Position numbers and translations under genes: made by a program. DNA of 64,000 bases from an uncultured Clostridia bacterium (lineage in GTDB: Bacteria; Aerophobota; Aerophobia; Aerophobales; B3-G15). Shown piece by piece: positions 8,897 through 18,782 of this stretch. The DNA is taken from NCBI GenBank assembly GCA_964482715.1, contig CAYZYX010000001.1:5398-69397 (forward strand), written 5' to 3'. Below the pieces are notes generated by a model. That model did not search any database and was not told the origin of the DNA. It saw only the letters and a program-made list of their open reading frames with translations. Each line of letters begins with the position of its first letter. The first letter of the stretch is position 1.

Positions 8897-9883
8897 ATGC
8901 CTGCAAACTTGCCTCCTCAGTACTATGAAGCAGAGAGACGCTATCGTCAGGCTCAAAGTTACGAGGAGAAAATAGCTATCCTTCAGGAGATGCTGGCTAT
9001 CATGCCCAAGCATAAGGGGACAGACAAGCTGCAGGCAGAACTTAGAGCCAAAATTTCCAAGTTAAAAAAAACGGCCCAGAAAAAAACTGGTCCCCGCCGA
9101 AAAGGTTTTTCTTACCGGATACCCAGAGAAGGGATTGCCCAGGTAGCCCTGATAGGTCCCCCTAATAGCGGGAAGTCAAGCATTTTAGCCACGTTGACCA
9201 AAACAAAACCAGAAATTGCCGATTATCCCTTCACTACTTACGAACCATCAGTGGGTATGCTTACCTGGGAAAATGTAAAGATTCAGCTGGTTGATACCCC
9301 ACCTATAGCCGAAGAGTTTAAAATACCATGGTTGGGAGAGGTCCTGAGAGGGGCTGATTTGCTTTTAATTGTATTGGACCTGGGAAAAGACGATATTTTA
9401 GACCGGGCAGAGGAAGTCTTAAAAAAACTTGAGGCATTAAAGATAAAACCTGAGGGAGAGCAGATCGAAGAAGAAAAAGGTATGACCTGCAAAAAGATAG
9501 CTCTACTGGCAAATAAAGAAGACCTTCCCGGGGCAAAAGAAAGGCTTCTTATTTTAAGAGAACTCTGGGGATCGGCATTCACCATAATCTCTGCTTCAGT
9601 GAAAATTCCTCACAAAATGGAGAAAATAAAACAGGAAATATATAATCTTCTTGGAGTTATCAGGGTTTACACTAAGGCGCCGGGAGAACCTCCAGATATG
9701 AGTGATCCTGTTGTCCTCAAAAAAGGTAGTTTAGTTATAGATGCAGCAAGGTCTATTCACAAGGATTTTGCCCGAAACTTAAAATTTGCCCGAGTCTGGA
9801 AAAAAGATAAATTCAATGGTCTTAAGGTGGAAAGAGAATATATACTGGAAGAAGGAGACATTGTTGAATTTCATGTTAAATAA
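8897..9883 (+). CDS. Obg/DRG-like GTPase with C-terminal TGS domain
   Basis: G1 motif GPPNSGKSS, G2 region YPFTT, DRG-type N-terminal helical region. C-terminal TGS-like domain (RVYTK...GDIVEF). Confidence 0.75.
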   Translation: MPANLPPQYYEAERRYRQAQSYEEKIAILQEMLAIMPKHKGTDKLQAELRAKISKLKKTAQKKTGPRRKGFSYRIPREGIAQVALIGPPNSGKSSILATLTKTKPEIADYPFTTYEPSVGMLTWENVKIQLVDTPPIAEEFKIPWLGEVLRGADLLLIVLDLGKDDILDRAEEVLKKLEALKIKPEGEQIEEEKGMTCKKIALLANKEDLPGAKERLLILRELWGSAFTIISASVKIPHKMEKIKQEIYNLLGVIRVYTKAPGEPPDMSDPVVLKKGSLVIDAARSIHKDFARNLKFARVWKKDKFNGLKVEREYILEEGDIVEFHVK

Positions 9884-9906
9884 AATAAAAAAAGAAGGAG
9901 ATTTAA

Positions 9907-10362
9907 ATGGAAAAAGAAATGGAAGCGAGACTTTCGAGAGCCTGGAATGAAATAATGGGAAGATCTCAAAGAAAAAGAATTCAGGAGGTGTGGCATAAAG
10001 TTAAAGAGAAAAAAGGACTTTCTCCTGAGGATGATCGGCTGGCAAAAATATTGCTTGAACACAGGGAATATGAAAAAATCTGGGAAGAAATCCCGGCAAA
10101 TCCAGAAAAAGAAACTCAGGGAGTAAATCCCTATCTTCACGTTTCCCTCCATCTTGCCATAGAAAACCAAATTGCTGAGGAAAATCCCCGTCAGGTGAGA
10201 CGTTACCTTTCCAGGAAACTTGCCAGAGGAGTTGATAGACACGAAATTATTCATGAAATTGCGGCAATTTTTTGTGAATCTCTTTTTGATACTTTGAAAT
10301 ACCAGAAGCCCTTTGACCGGATGAGGTATATCCAGAGACTGGAGGAAATGGAGGAACTCTAA
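9907..10362 (+). CDS. Hypothetical protein (possibly DUF1841-like)
   Basis: 151 aa. NPYLHVSLHLAIENQ motif recalled as DUF1841-like; assignment from memory only. Confidence 0.4.
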   Translation: MEKEMEARLSRAWNEIMGRSQRKRIQEVWHKVKEKKGLSPEDDRLAKILLEHREYEKIWEEIPANPEKETQGVNPYLHVSLHLAIENQIAEENPRQVRRYLSRKLARGVDRHEIIHEIAAIFCESLFDTLKYQKPFDRMRYIQRLEEMEEL

Positions 10363-10380
10363 TAAGACGGAGATAACTAT

Positions 10381-11307
10381 TTGGATAACCTAAAAGTGGA
10401 TTTGTCCACTTGTCTGGGGAAAATTAATTTAAAGAATCCTGTCCTTGTGGCCTCTGGCACTTTTGGATTTGGAGAAGAATACCACTCACTGATAGATTTG
10501 AATAAGCTGGGGGGTATTATTACTAAAACTGTTACTTTTAAACCCCTTCCAGGAAACCCTCCTCCTCGTCTGGCTGAAACATCAGCCGGGCTTTTAAATT
10601 CCATTGGTCTTGAGAATCCCGGAGTTGACCGCTTTATCTCGGAGAAATTACCTTTTTTGCAGAAAATCGAAAGCTTTATTGTTGTAAGCATTGGAGGCGA
10701 AAGTGAGGAAGAGTATTGTATGGTTGCGAAGAAACTTTCGCAGGCTCAAGGTATTGATGCTCTGGAGATTAATGTATCCTGTCCCAATGTAAAACAAGGA
10801 GGATACATACTCGGCAAAAGTGCAAAAAATGTCTTTGGCATTGTAAACAAGTTGAAAAATGTTACCTCTCTGCCTTTAATTGTTAAACTTACCCCTGAGG
10901 TAAGTGATATTGTAGAAATTGCTGAAGCTGCTCTCCAGGCAGGTGCAGAGGCTATTTCTTTGATAAATACTCTCCCGGGAATGGCAATTGACGTTAATAC
11001 CTGGCGTCCGAAACTGGGAGGTATCACTGGCGGATTGTCCGGTCCAGCCATAAAGCCTGTTGCTGTAAAGACAGTATGGGAAGTTTATCAGAAATTAAAA
11101 TGTCCCATTGTGGGAATGGGAGGAATAATGAATTTTGAAGATGCTCTTGAGTTTGTACTTGCTGGGGCAAGCGCAATAGCGGTAGGAACAGCCAATTTAA
11201 TTGATCCTCAGATATCCATAGACATCATAGAGAAGCTGGAGAGATATCTCGTTAAACAAAAAATAAAAAAATTTTCCTTTTTGATTGGTAAAGTCAAAAC
11301 AGCATAA
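10381..11307 (+). CDS. pyrD: Dihydroorotate dehydrogenase (type 1B) catalytic subunit PyrD
   Basis: LKNPVLVASGTFGFG N-terminal motif. TIM-barrel DHOD motifs (NVSCPN, GGI...G, AVGTA). Start codon uncertain (TTG 10381 or GTG 10396). Confidence 0.85.
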   Translation: MDNLKVDLSTCLGKINLKNPVLVASGTFGFGEEYHSLIDLNKLGGIITKTVTFKPLPGNPPPRLAETSAGLLNSIGLENPGVDRFISEKLPFLQKIESFIVVSIGGESEEEYCMVAKKLSQAQGIDALEINVSCPNVKQGGYILGKSAKNVFGIVNKLKNVTSLPLIVKLTPEVSDIVEIAEAALQAGAEAISLINTLPGMAIDVNTWRPKLGGITGGLSGPAIKPVAVKTVWEVYQKLKCPIVGMGGIMNFEDALEFVLAGASAIAVGTANLIDPQISIDIIEKLERYLVKQKIKKFSFLIGKVKTA

Positions 11308-11325
11308 GCTGCAGGTAAAGTCATT

Positions 11326-12324
11326 ATGAGTGTCTGGTTAAAATTCATCCTTTGCAGTATCGCTCTTATCTATTCGGGGTATAAACTTTCCTATCTGGGT
11401 GATGTAATTTCGGAAAAAACCAGAATTACTAAAACCTTGATGGGATTTGCAATTTTAGCTGTTGCCACCTCTATGCCCGAGTTTGTTACCAGTTCTGCCT
11501 CCATAGTGGTGGTTAAGGCCCCTGATCTTGCCGCTGGGGATTTATTTGGAACCCTGGTTGTGAATCTGGGAATAATTGCTCTTCTTGACCTGATTGAAGG
11601 AGAAGGTCCCATTATGCTTAAAGCTCACCTTAATCATATCCTTTATGCTGGATGGACAGTAATTATTCTGGCCTTTATTTCTTCCTCTCTTCTTCTTAGA
11701 GTAATAACCGGAAAAACAATTGATTTTTGGAATGTAGGGATGGAAAGCTTTGTTATTATTGTTCTTTTTTTAATAGGTTTGAAAATTATATTCAGTCTGG
11801 AAAAATCTAATCAGAAAGGTAAGTTTAAGACCTCACAAGCTTATAAAAAGGTGAAGTTAAAATCAGCCATCCTGCGATTTGTTTTTTTTATAGGTATGAT
11901 ATTTATTTTAGGAGTATGGCTTTCCAAAATAGGAAAAGAGATAGTCATTTTTATGGGATGGCATGATGCGCTGGTGGGAACCTTATTTTTAGCTGTAGTT
12001 ACTTCCTTTCCGGAATTTATAGTTTCTGTAAGTGCTCTTAAGTTTAATGTGGATATGGCTGTTGGCAATATTCTGGGAAGCAATTTTTTTGATTTAATGA
12101 TTGTTCCTCTATGTGATTTTTTGCTTAGAGAAAATGCCTTTTTATCGGCTGTAAAAATAGAAAATCTTTTTACTATTATGCTTGCTATAATTCTCTCCAC
12201 TATCGTAATAGTAGGTCTTATTTGCCGTTCCAAACGTTCCTTTTTAAAATTGGGATGGGATGCAATAGCTATGGTAGTAGTTCTTTTTGGAGGTGGAATT
12301 TTTTTAACTATCTTACTGAAATAG
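11326..12324 (+). CDS. CaCA-family cation/Ca2+ antiporter (YrbG-like)
   Basis: Two internal alpha-repeats with the GxxxLAxxTSxPEF signature (ATSMPEF and VTSFPEF); about 10 TM segments. Confidence 0.7.
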   Translation: MSVWLKFILCSIALIYSGYKLSYLGDVISEKTRITKTLMGFAILAVATSMPEFVTSSASIVVVKAPDLAAGDLFGTLVVNLGIIALLDLIEGEGPIMLKAHLNHILYAGWTVIILAFISSSLLLRVITGKTIDFWNVGMESFVIIVLFLIGLKIIFSLEKSNQKGKFKTSQAYKKVKLKSAILRFVFFIGMIFILGVWLSKIGKEIVIFMGWHDALVGTLFLAVVTSFPEFIVSVSALKFNVDMAVGNILGSNFFDLMIVPLCDFLLRENAFLSAVKIENLFTIMLAIILSTIVIVGLICRSKRSFLKLGWDAIAMVVVLFGGGIFLTILLK

Positions 12325-12392
12325 ATTTTTCCGGTGTAAACATGAAATCTGTAATTGTCCATAATTTTAAAGAAAGAAATCGATCTGTTATT

Positions 12393-12578
12393 TCAGTTTT
12401 CCATACTCATAGGTGGTTTCATACATGGTGAGAATATTTTCAAGAAGTATCTCTGGTACTTTTTCATTAATTTTTCAATGAGTAAGTTGTAAATCTGTTC
12501 GCAGGCACAAAAATCAATAGGAACTCTATCCGGAAGCCCAAACTGATAAGTTTTTAATACCCTTTCTTCAGGAGTCAT
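12393..12578 (-). pseudogene. N-terminal remnant (61 aa) of a URO-D-like gene at the 3' end of the ABC transporter operon
   Basis: MTPEERVLKTYQFGLPDRVPIDF resembles the URO-D family N-terminus (ERV..AL.G..PDRVP). The frame stops after 61 codons and the downstream sequence encodes the CaCA gene on the opposite strand. The paralogous operon at 28.1-19.0 kb has a full URO-D-like gene at the equivalent position. Confidence 0.4.
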
Positions 12579-12605
12579 TTACCTTTCTATCTCTTAAAGC
12601 TATTT

Positions 12606-13451
12606 CTATTTAATGGCACCAAAGGTTAGACCTTTTATGAGATGTTTAGAGACCATGAAGGTAAAGATTATTGCTGGAATAAACATAATTACCGCCATGG
12701 CACACATTCCTCTCCAGTCCATTACAAACTCCGAGGTAAATTCAAGAAGACCTACAGGCATGGTTTTCGAAGATAAACTCCTGGTCAGAACTGATGCCAG
12801 CTGAAATTCATTCCAGGCCATTAAAAAAGCGAAAATTCCTGAAGCAGAAAGTCCTGGGGCACACAGGGGAAGTTCCACCTTGAGAAAAGCCTGCCATTTA
12901 GTACAACCATCAATTTGAGCAGCATCTTCCAGATCCTTAGGGATCTCTCTAAAGAAGCCATCCATTATCCATATCATAAAGGGTATGTTGTAGGCAATAT
13001 AAACTAAGGATAGACCCTCCAGAGTATCAAGCAGTTTTAATCTTACAAATAACATAAAAAGGGGAAGGCTGAGAGCAATTCCTGGAACAGCTCGGGAAAG
13101 CAGGACAAACAAAAACAGGGTGTCTCTTCCCTCGAAGTCAAATCTGGAAAAAGCAAATCCAGCCAGAGTCCCCAGTACAAGAGCAATTCCAGCACTTCCA
13201 AGGGAAGCAATGAGAGAATTTCTGAGGTAGTCTCTTACCGGGACGGCTTGTTCGCCAACTCCTGGACTGAAAAAGGCTTGTTGATACTTTTCCAGAGTAA
13301 GTTTTTTGGGAATCCAGACCGGAGGATAGGCATTTACCTCTACTTCTGGCCGGACAGAAGTAAAAATAATCCACAGAGCTGGAATAAGCATAAGGATTAA
13401 AAAAAAGTAAGCCAGAAATGAGAATGCGAATTCCTTACCCTTTTTCCTCAA
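12606..13451 (-). CDS. Carbohydrate ABC transporter permease (CUT1, MalG-like)
   Basis: Six TM segments; EAA-like loop AAQIDGCTKWQAFLKVELPL; paralog of 24914..25744. Confidence 0.85.
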   Translation of the reverse strand: MRKKGKEFAFSFLAYFFLILMLIPALWIIFTSVRPEVEVNAYPPVWIPKKLTLEKYQQAFFSPGVGEQAVPVRDYLRNSLIASLGSAGIALVLGTLAGFAFSRFDFEGRDTLFLFVLLSRAVPGIALSLPLFMLFVRLKLLDTLEGLSLVYIAYNIPFMIWIMDGFFREIPKDLEDAAQIDGCTKWQAFLKVELPLCAPGLSASGIFAFLMAWNEFQLASVLTRSLSSKTMPVGLLEFTSEFVMDWRGMCAMAVIMFIPAIIFTFMVSKHLIKGLTFGAIK

Positions 13452-13454
13452 TCC

Positions 13455-14327
13455 CTACCCCCTGGTTTTTAATAGTTGTTTAAAAAGATAATAGGCAAAG
13501 ACCACAGATATTATAACAGTTACATAAGACATAGCACATCCCAGACCAAATTTAGTGTCGATGATTCCCAACCTGTAAACGTAGGTCCAGATAAGCTCCG
13601 TACGGTGAGCTGGACCACCTCCTGTCATTATCTGAACTAAATCAAAAGCAGTTGCAATATCGAGGGATCTTATAGCCATAGCAATATAAATGAAAGGAGA
13701 TAAAAGCGGGAATGTTATGTGCCGAAATTTTTGAAATCCAGAAGCTCCATCTACTTCAGCTGCCTCAAAAGGATCCTTAGGTAGAGCCATCAGTCCAGCT
13801 GTAAGAATGATAATCATAAATGAAGTTCCTCTCCATATTTCAGCAATGAGAATGGAGAGCATGGCAAGGTCTCCTCTTATGAGCCAGAGAATAGGTTTTT
13901 CTATAAGATGAAGAGTATAAAGTAGATTATTTACCATTCCTACTTGATCGTTAAAAAACCATTTAAATTGAAATCCTACCAGTATGGGAGCAAACATCAT
14001 GGGGATCATAAAAAGAGTGCGGAGGATCCGACCCCCTTTTATTTCTCTTGCCAGAAGAAGTGCAATTCCCAGTCCCAAAAAGAGTTCAGTATTTATAGCA
14101 ATAGTGAGAAATATTACCGTGTTTTTCAGAGATTGCCAGAATACAGGATCATGGATCAAAGTTACATAATTCTCTCCACCTGTGAATACCATACTTCCTG
14201 GTGTAAGAAGAGAGTAACCTGTGAAACTGACATATAATGAAAACGCCAGTGGAAAAGCCACTACAAAAAGAATGATAGAGAGAGAAGGTGTTATCAAAAG
14301 GGCTGGGAGATATTTTTCTCTAATCAT
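13455..14327 (-). CDS. Carbohydrate ABC transporter permease (CUT1, MalF-like)
   Basis: EAA loop EAAEVDGASGFQKFRHITFPLL; paralog of 25746..26621. Confidence 0.85.
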   Translation of the reverse strand: MIREKYLPALLITPSLSIILFVVAFPLAFSLYVSFTGYSLLTPGSMVFTGGENYVTLIHDPVFWQSLKNTVIFLTIAINTELFLGLGIALLLAREIKGGRILRTLFMIPMMFAPILVGFQFKWFFNDQVGMVNNLLYTLHLIEKPILWLIRGDLAMLSILIAEIWRGTSFMIIILTAGLMALPKDPFEAAEVDGASGFQKFRHITFPLLSPFIYIAMAIRSLDIATAFDLVQIMTGGGPAHRTELIWTYVYRLGIIDTKFGLGCAMSYVTVIISVVFAYYLFKQLLKTRG

Positions 14328-14391
14328 TTTGACTTTTTACTTCAATTTTAAACCCCCACCGTCGAAACTCAGGTGGTGGGGGTTTACTCTT

Positions 14392-15726
14392 TTAATCGTA
14401 ATATCCTGCTTTTCTCATAAGCTCTTCAGTTTTTCTGGCAGCGTCATCAAGAGCTTTTTTTACCGGTTTTTCACCCAGTATAGCGGCCTGAAGTTCTGGA
14501 TAAAGAATATTGGAAAAAGCTGGCCACTCGGGGATGAGGGGAGGAGTTACGATCTCATCGTTTTCCAGAGCATATTTGTAGGTTTTATAGAAATTGAGCT
14601 TTCGAGAATCCTTGGTTGTTTTAAGGAGAAAATCCCATATAGATTTTCGAACAGCTCCAAATCCGAGTTGAGCTTCAAATTGCTGAGGTTCTTTGGAAGT
14701 AATGAATTTAACAAAGGAAACTGCAGCCTCCTTATTTTTACTTGATTTCAGAACAGAAAAAGTGTGACATCCAGCCCAGTGAACTCTAATTCCCGCATCT
14801 CCCTCAGGCATGAGAGCATATCCAAAAGTCTGTGCCACTTTGGAGCTTTTCGGGTCATCATACCAGGGGTACCACCCACCCCAGTCAAGATGGAAGGCAA
14901 TCTTACCCTGAGCGAAGTTCTTGGCAACATCGTCCCACACATAATTTACTACACCTGGTGGAACAAGACCGTTTTGATAAAGTCGTTTAAAATACTCTAA
15001 AGTCTTTACTCCAATAGGCGAGTTAAATACCGGTTTCCAGTGAGAGTCAAATAATCGCCCACCGTTGGAAAGTAGCATTTCGTAAAATCGACCTGTGAAG
15101 GCTTCCTCCTTTCCTGTAAATTGGGTCCCATAAACTGCGGGAGGATCATTAAGGAATTCGGCTATATCGTAAGCCTGGTCCCAGGTTTCGGGTGGAGTAA
15201 GTTCATATCCGTATTTTTCTTTAAAAACCTTCTTTTTAGCCGGGTCATTAAAGAGATCGGCACGGTAATAAATGTTACTTAAATCGATATGCCTTGGAAG
15301 CTGAATCAGCCGGTCACCTATGTAACACATGTGCAAGGTGCTTGGTAGGAAATCAGCAAGTTCCTCCTGGCTGACGTAAGGTTTAAGATCAAGAAGAACG
15401 CCAAACTTATCGTATTGTGCAGCGAAGCTGGTGTGATTGGTCATCACGTCATAATCAGCGGCTCCCGCTGCAAAATCAATTTTGAACTTTTTATCCAGCT
15501 CGAAATGACTCATCTTGGCTACAATTATTACTTTAGCTCCAGTTTGCTCTTCCCATTGGGGAATGAATTCTTCGTAAAGTTTCTCGTAATTTCCCCCACC
15601 TATTAGAGCTGCCTTAATAGTGACTCCTTCAAAAGGTTTTTTTGCTCCGGCAGGAACCCCAATTAACAGAACTCCCAATCCGATAGCCACGATAAAAAGG
15701 CCAACTCTTTGTACTTTTTTTACCAT
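14392..15726 (-). CDS. Extracellular solute-binding protein family 1 (sugar ABC transporter substrate-binding protein)
   Basis: Signal peptide; size and composition typical of CUT1 SBPs; paralog of 26739..28052. Confidence 0.8.
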   Translation of the reverse strand: MVKKVQRVGLFIVAIGLGVLLIGVPAGAKKPFEGVTIKAALIGGGNYEKLYEEFIPQWEEQTGAKVIIVAKMSHFELDKKFKIDFAAGAADYDVMTNHTSFAAQYDKFGVLLDLKPYVSQEELADFLPSTLHMCYIGDRLIQLPRHIDLSNIYYRADLFNDPAKKKVFKEKYGYELTPPETWDQAYDIAEFLNDPPAVYGTQFTGKEEAFTGRFYEMLLSNGGRLFDSHWKPVFNSPIGVKTLEYFKRLYQNGLVPPGVVNYVWDDVAKNFAQGKIAFHLDWGGWYPWYDDPKSSKVAQTFGYALMPEGDAGIRVHWAGCHTFSVLKSSKNKEAAVSFVKFITSKEPQQFEAQLGFGAVRKSIWDFLLKTTKDSRKLNFYKTYKYALENDEIVTPPLIPEWPAFSNILYPELQAAILGEKPVKKALDDAARKTEELMRKAGYYD

Positions 15727-15859
15727 ATTTCGCCCTCCTTTTAAATTTTTGGAGAGTAACAGGACTTTTTCTCCACTATCACCTCCTTTTAGTGATTCTT
15801 TTATTTTGTGTTTAATGGATGAATCACTATTTGTTGTTTTTGCCTGTCCTGTTTATCTA

Positions 15860-16849
15860 CTAAACGGATACAATCACCGCCCTTCGCCTTCGATAAAAGT
15901 CAAATATAACGAAAAATAGTAAAAAACATCCAATTGCTACTTCTTTCCAAAATGCTGATATGGCCAGAACCACTATGATATTTTCAATTAAATACACACT
16001 AAATCCACCCAGGATCGCACCAAACGGTGATCCCTCACCTCCAGCAAGACTTATTCCTCCAATAAAAGCACCAGCAAGAATGGGTAGTAGGTATGGTGGA
16101 CCTATCAGGACCGATCCTACAGCTAAGTATGAGCCAACGATAACACCAGCAAACGCCTGCAGAAGAGATCCACAGCAGCAAGCGATTATTCTAATTTTTT
16201 TCACATTGATACCTACTTTCCTGGCAACCTCATCGTTTAATCCTGTAGCAAAAAATTGCCACCCTATGGGTCTGAAATAAAAAAAATACACCAGCATCAC
16301 TAAAACTATTAACAGATAAACAGTAACAATTGGAATCGGCCCTAATGCAGCTTTAGCTATAAGAGAATAAGAAGGAGGGAATCCGTAAATAGGGAAAGCC
16401 CTGGTAATTATCCTGGCTATACCAGTAAGGACAAAATTCAGCATTAAGGTAAAAATAAAAACCGGGAGCATGAATCTAAAAGGGGGTGAGAAATAAGTAC
16501 CAAATAAACCCGTTGTTAGACCTATTGCAAAGCCTGTTATTAAAACAATTAATACCGCCAGCCATATCTCAAAACCGTATCTTAAAATAAATACAGCGGC
16601 TAACACATTAGATATACAAATGACTCCTCCAAGAGATAAATCTATTCCTCCAGGAATCAAATAAAGCATTTCCCCCAGGACCATTAATGAAAAGATTGAA
16701 CCCCAGACAACTATAAGTCTTAAGTTAGCCGGGGTGTAAAAAAAGGGATTGATGATAAATATGATAAAAGATAAAATTACTATTAAGATGCATCTGTTAA
16801 CCTCAGTAATGGAAAGATGTTTTGCAAATAAACGGGTTACTTTTTGCAT
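15860..16849 (-). CDS. Monosaccharide ABC transporter permease (CUT2 / BPD_transp_2 family)
   Basis: Polytopic membrane protein resembling RbsC/FrcC-type permeases (Gly-rich TM segments, conserved central loop). Confidence 0.8.
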   Translation of the reverse strand: MQKVTRLFAKHLSITEVNRCILIVILSFIIFIINPFFYTPANLRLIVVWGSIFSLMVLGEMLYLIPGGIDLSLGGVICISNVLAAVFILRYGFEIWLAVLIVLITGFAIGLTTGLFGTYFSPPFRFMLPVFIFTLMLNFVLTGIARIITRAFPIYGFPPSYSLIAKAALGPIPIVTVYLLIVLVMLVYFFYFRPIGWQFFATGLNDEVARKVGINVKKIRIIACCCGSLLQAFAGVIVGSYLAVGSVLIGPPYLLPILAGAFIGGISLAGGEGSPFGAILGGFSVYLIENIIVVLAISAFWKEVAIGCFLLFFVIFDFYRRRRAVIVSV

Positions 16850-16859
16850 GCTTGTCTCT

Positions 16860-17624
16860 CTAATGCAGGTGAATTTTCTCTTTTGCTATTAATTGAGTGA
16901 TTTCATCAATTGTTGTATTTTCTGTCTTTTTATCACAGATTATTTCTCCCCGATCAAGTACTATTACTCTATCTGCAATAGGAAATATGTGACGTACATT
17001 GTGAGTAACAAAGATAATAGACATGGAAGTTTTATCGCGTATTGTCTTTATTCTCCGCAAACATCTATCTACTTCCTTTATTGATAGACCAGTTGTTGGT
17101 TCGTCTAAAAGTAAAACTCTGGTTCCGAAGTAAAATGCCCTTCCAAGAACAACTGCCTGTCTTTCCCCTCCGGAAAGTGACTCTATCAGCTGCTCTGACT
17201 TTTTATTAATGCCAATCTCGTTTAATTTTTCTTCGCTTATTTTTCTCATTTTCTCCTTATCAAGTACACGAATGAAGCCTACTTTTTTTATTATTTCTCT
17301 TCCCAGAAAGAAGTTTTTGTAGATATTCATTTTTTCGACTAAATTCGCAAATTGGTATACAATCTCGATACCTTGATTTCTTGCGTCTGCAGGTGAGGAA
17401 AAATGTACCTCCTTTCCCTCAAGATAAATTTTTCCCTCATCTGGTGGAAATAATCCTACAAGAATATTTAATAAAGTAGATTTTCCCGCACCGTTATCTC
17501 CTACAAGTCCTATAATTTCTTTTTCGTGAGTGGTAAAACTTATATTTTTTAAGGCAAAAATATTGTTGAATTTTTTGGTTATTTTTTCCACTCTTATTAT
17601 TTCCCGCATTGGCTCTGACATCAA
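16860..17624 (-). CDS. ABC transporter ATP-binding protein, single ABC domain (FrcA-like)
   Basis: Walker A GDNGAGKST, signature LSGGERQ, Walker B LLLDEPT, H-loop. Only one ABC domain in 254 aa. Confidence 0.85.
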   Translation of the reverse strand: MMSEPMREIIRVEKITKKFNNIFALKNISFTTHEKEIIGLVGDNGAGKSTLLNILVGLFPPDEGKIYLEGKEVHFSSPADARNQGIEIVYQFANLVEKMNIYKNFFLGREIIKKVGFIRVLDKEKMRKISEEKLNEIGINKKSEQLIESLSGGERQAVVLGRAFYFGTRVLLLDEPTTGLSIKEVDRCLRRIKTIRDKTSMSIIFVTHNVRHIFPIADRVIVLDRGEIICDKKTENTTIDEITQLIAKEKIHLH

Positions 17625-17717
17625 ATTTCTCCCTGTTGGATTTTTTAAAACTTGTGAAAGTCATAGTGCACCTCCTGTAGTTTAATTTTCGATGGAGGTG
17701 CACTATTTTTCTTCTAC

Positions 17718-18782
17718 TTAACCAATGATCTTCCAGACCTCTGGGTATTTCTTCTGATGTTCCTCAATGGTCATAATCCATTCTATTTCAGGCCACTTTT
17801 CCACATCAACCTTTTTGTATGTTAGCCAGCCAAACCCTAACAATAGCTCCTTATCTGCAGGGTATTCTGGCTTATATGTTTTCAATATATCATTCCACTT
17901 TTCCTGGCCACCTTCAACAAGTTTATATAGAATCTCACCACCCAGATAACTGCCATCATACTGTAATAAATCAATTGTAGCGTCTATAGCGCCTGTTTTC
18001 ATATAGGGAACCATCTCACCGATAAGTCCATCAGCCTGAACAACGATCTCATCTATTTTTCCTGCATCTGTGACCGCTTTTCCCAGAGCTGGCCCGGTGT
18101 AATCGTAGTATCCAAGCATCCCCACAAGATCTGGATAAAGTTTTATCGTCTCACTGGCGAGAGACATAGCCTTAGCTGGATCACCTCCATCCAAAACTGG
18201 CTCGACTACCGTGAATCCAGCTGCCTCAACAGCTTTCTTAAAACCTTCAAAACTTGCCACATCTTCCGTGGATGCCATACCACCTGTGTGGTAGCTAATT
18301 TTTCCTGGTGGTGATACTCCTGCAAGCTTAAGCAGTGCTAAAATTCCTTTTCCCAGTGCAACTCCAAGGTTATACGGGTCGTATCCCACAAAAAGAAGCC
18401 TTTTACTATCAGGCGAATCCACACCGTAACCACATAAAACAGGTATTCCTTCATCAATAGCCTCATTTATTACACCAATTGGTGCTGCAGGGTCGTTTGG
18501 GCCTATGAAAATACCGTCTAATCCAGCTGCAATCCAGCTCTCCATTACTCTGACCTGATCCTCAACTGTTAACTCTGGTGGATGATAAATGACTGGCTTG
18601 AAGCTGTAATCAGCAGCAGCATCTCTGAATCCTTCCTCACAAACTATCCACCAGGGCACAGACAACCGGGTAATGTAACCTATTCTATAGGTTTCTTTCT
18701 TTTCCGCAGCGTAGACAAAAGAAAGAGAAAAAATCAATACCAGAAACGCCAGAAGCAAAATTATAACTTTTTTCTTTTTCAT
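17718..18782 (-). CDS. Periplasmic binding protein type I (monosaccharide ABC transporter substrate-binding protein)
   Basis: Signal peptide; RbsB/LsrB-like PBP-I architecture; operon position ahead of the ATPase and permease. Confidence 0.75.
   Translation of the reverse strand: MKKKKVIILLLAFLVLIFSLSFVYAAEKKETYRIGYITRLSVPWWIVCEEGFRDAAADYSFKPVIYHPPELTVEDQVRVMESWIAAGLDGIFIGPNDPAAPIGVINEAIDEGIPVLCGYGVDSPDSKRLLFVGYDPYNLGVALGKGILALLKLAGVSPPGKISYHTGGMASTEDVASFEGFKKAVEAAGFTVVEPVLDGGDPAKAMSLASETIKLYPDLVGMLGYYDYTGPALGKAVTDAGKIDEIVVQADGLIGEMVPYMKTGAIDATIDLLQYDGSYLGGEILYKLVEGGQEKWNDILKTYKPEYPADKELLLGFGWLTYKKVDVEKWPEIEWIMTIEEHQKKYPEVWKIIG

Noticed and set aside
9283-9585. Two overlapping minus-strand ORFs (100 aa, 72 aa) within the GTPase gene
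   Set aside because: Antisense to a gene with clear G1/G2 motifs; no RBS; Ser/Leu-rich low-complexity translations.
11841-12362. 173-aa minus-strand ORF
   Set aside because: Lies entirely inside the well-supported plus-strand CaCA antiporter gene in an antisense frame. Its composition (Ile/Lys/Thr-rich) is typical of antisense translation of an AT-rich membrane-protein gene.
15727-15859. GGAGA...TCTCC hairpin between the CUT2 permease and the CUT1 SBP gene (minus strand)
   Set aside because: Short 5-bp stem with a 15-nt loop, not followed by a U-tract on the transcribed strand; unlikely to be an intrinsic terminator.
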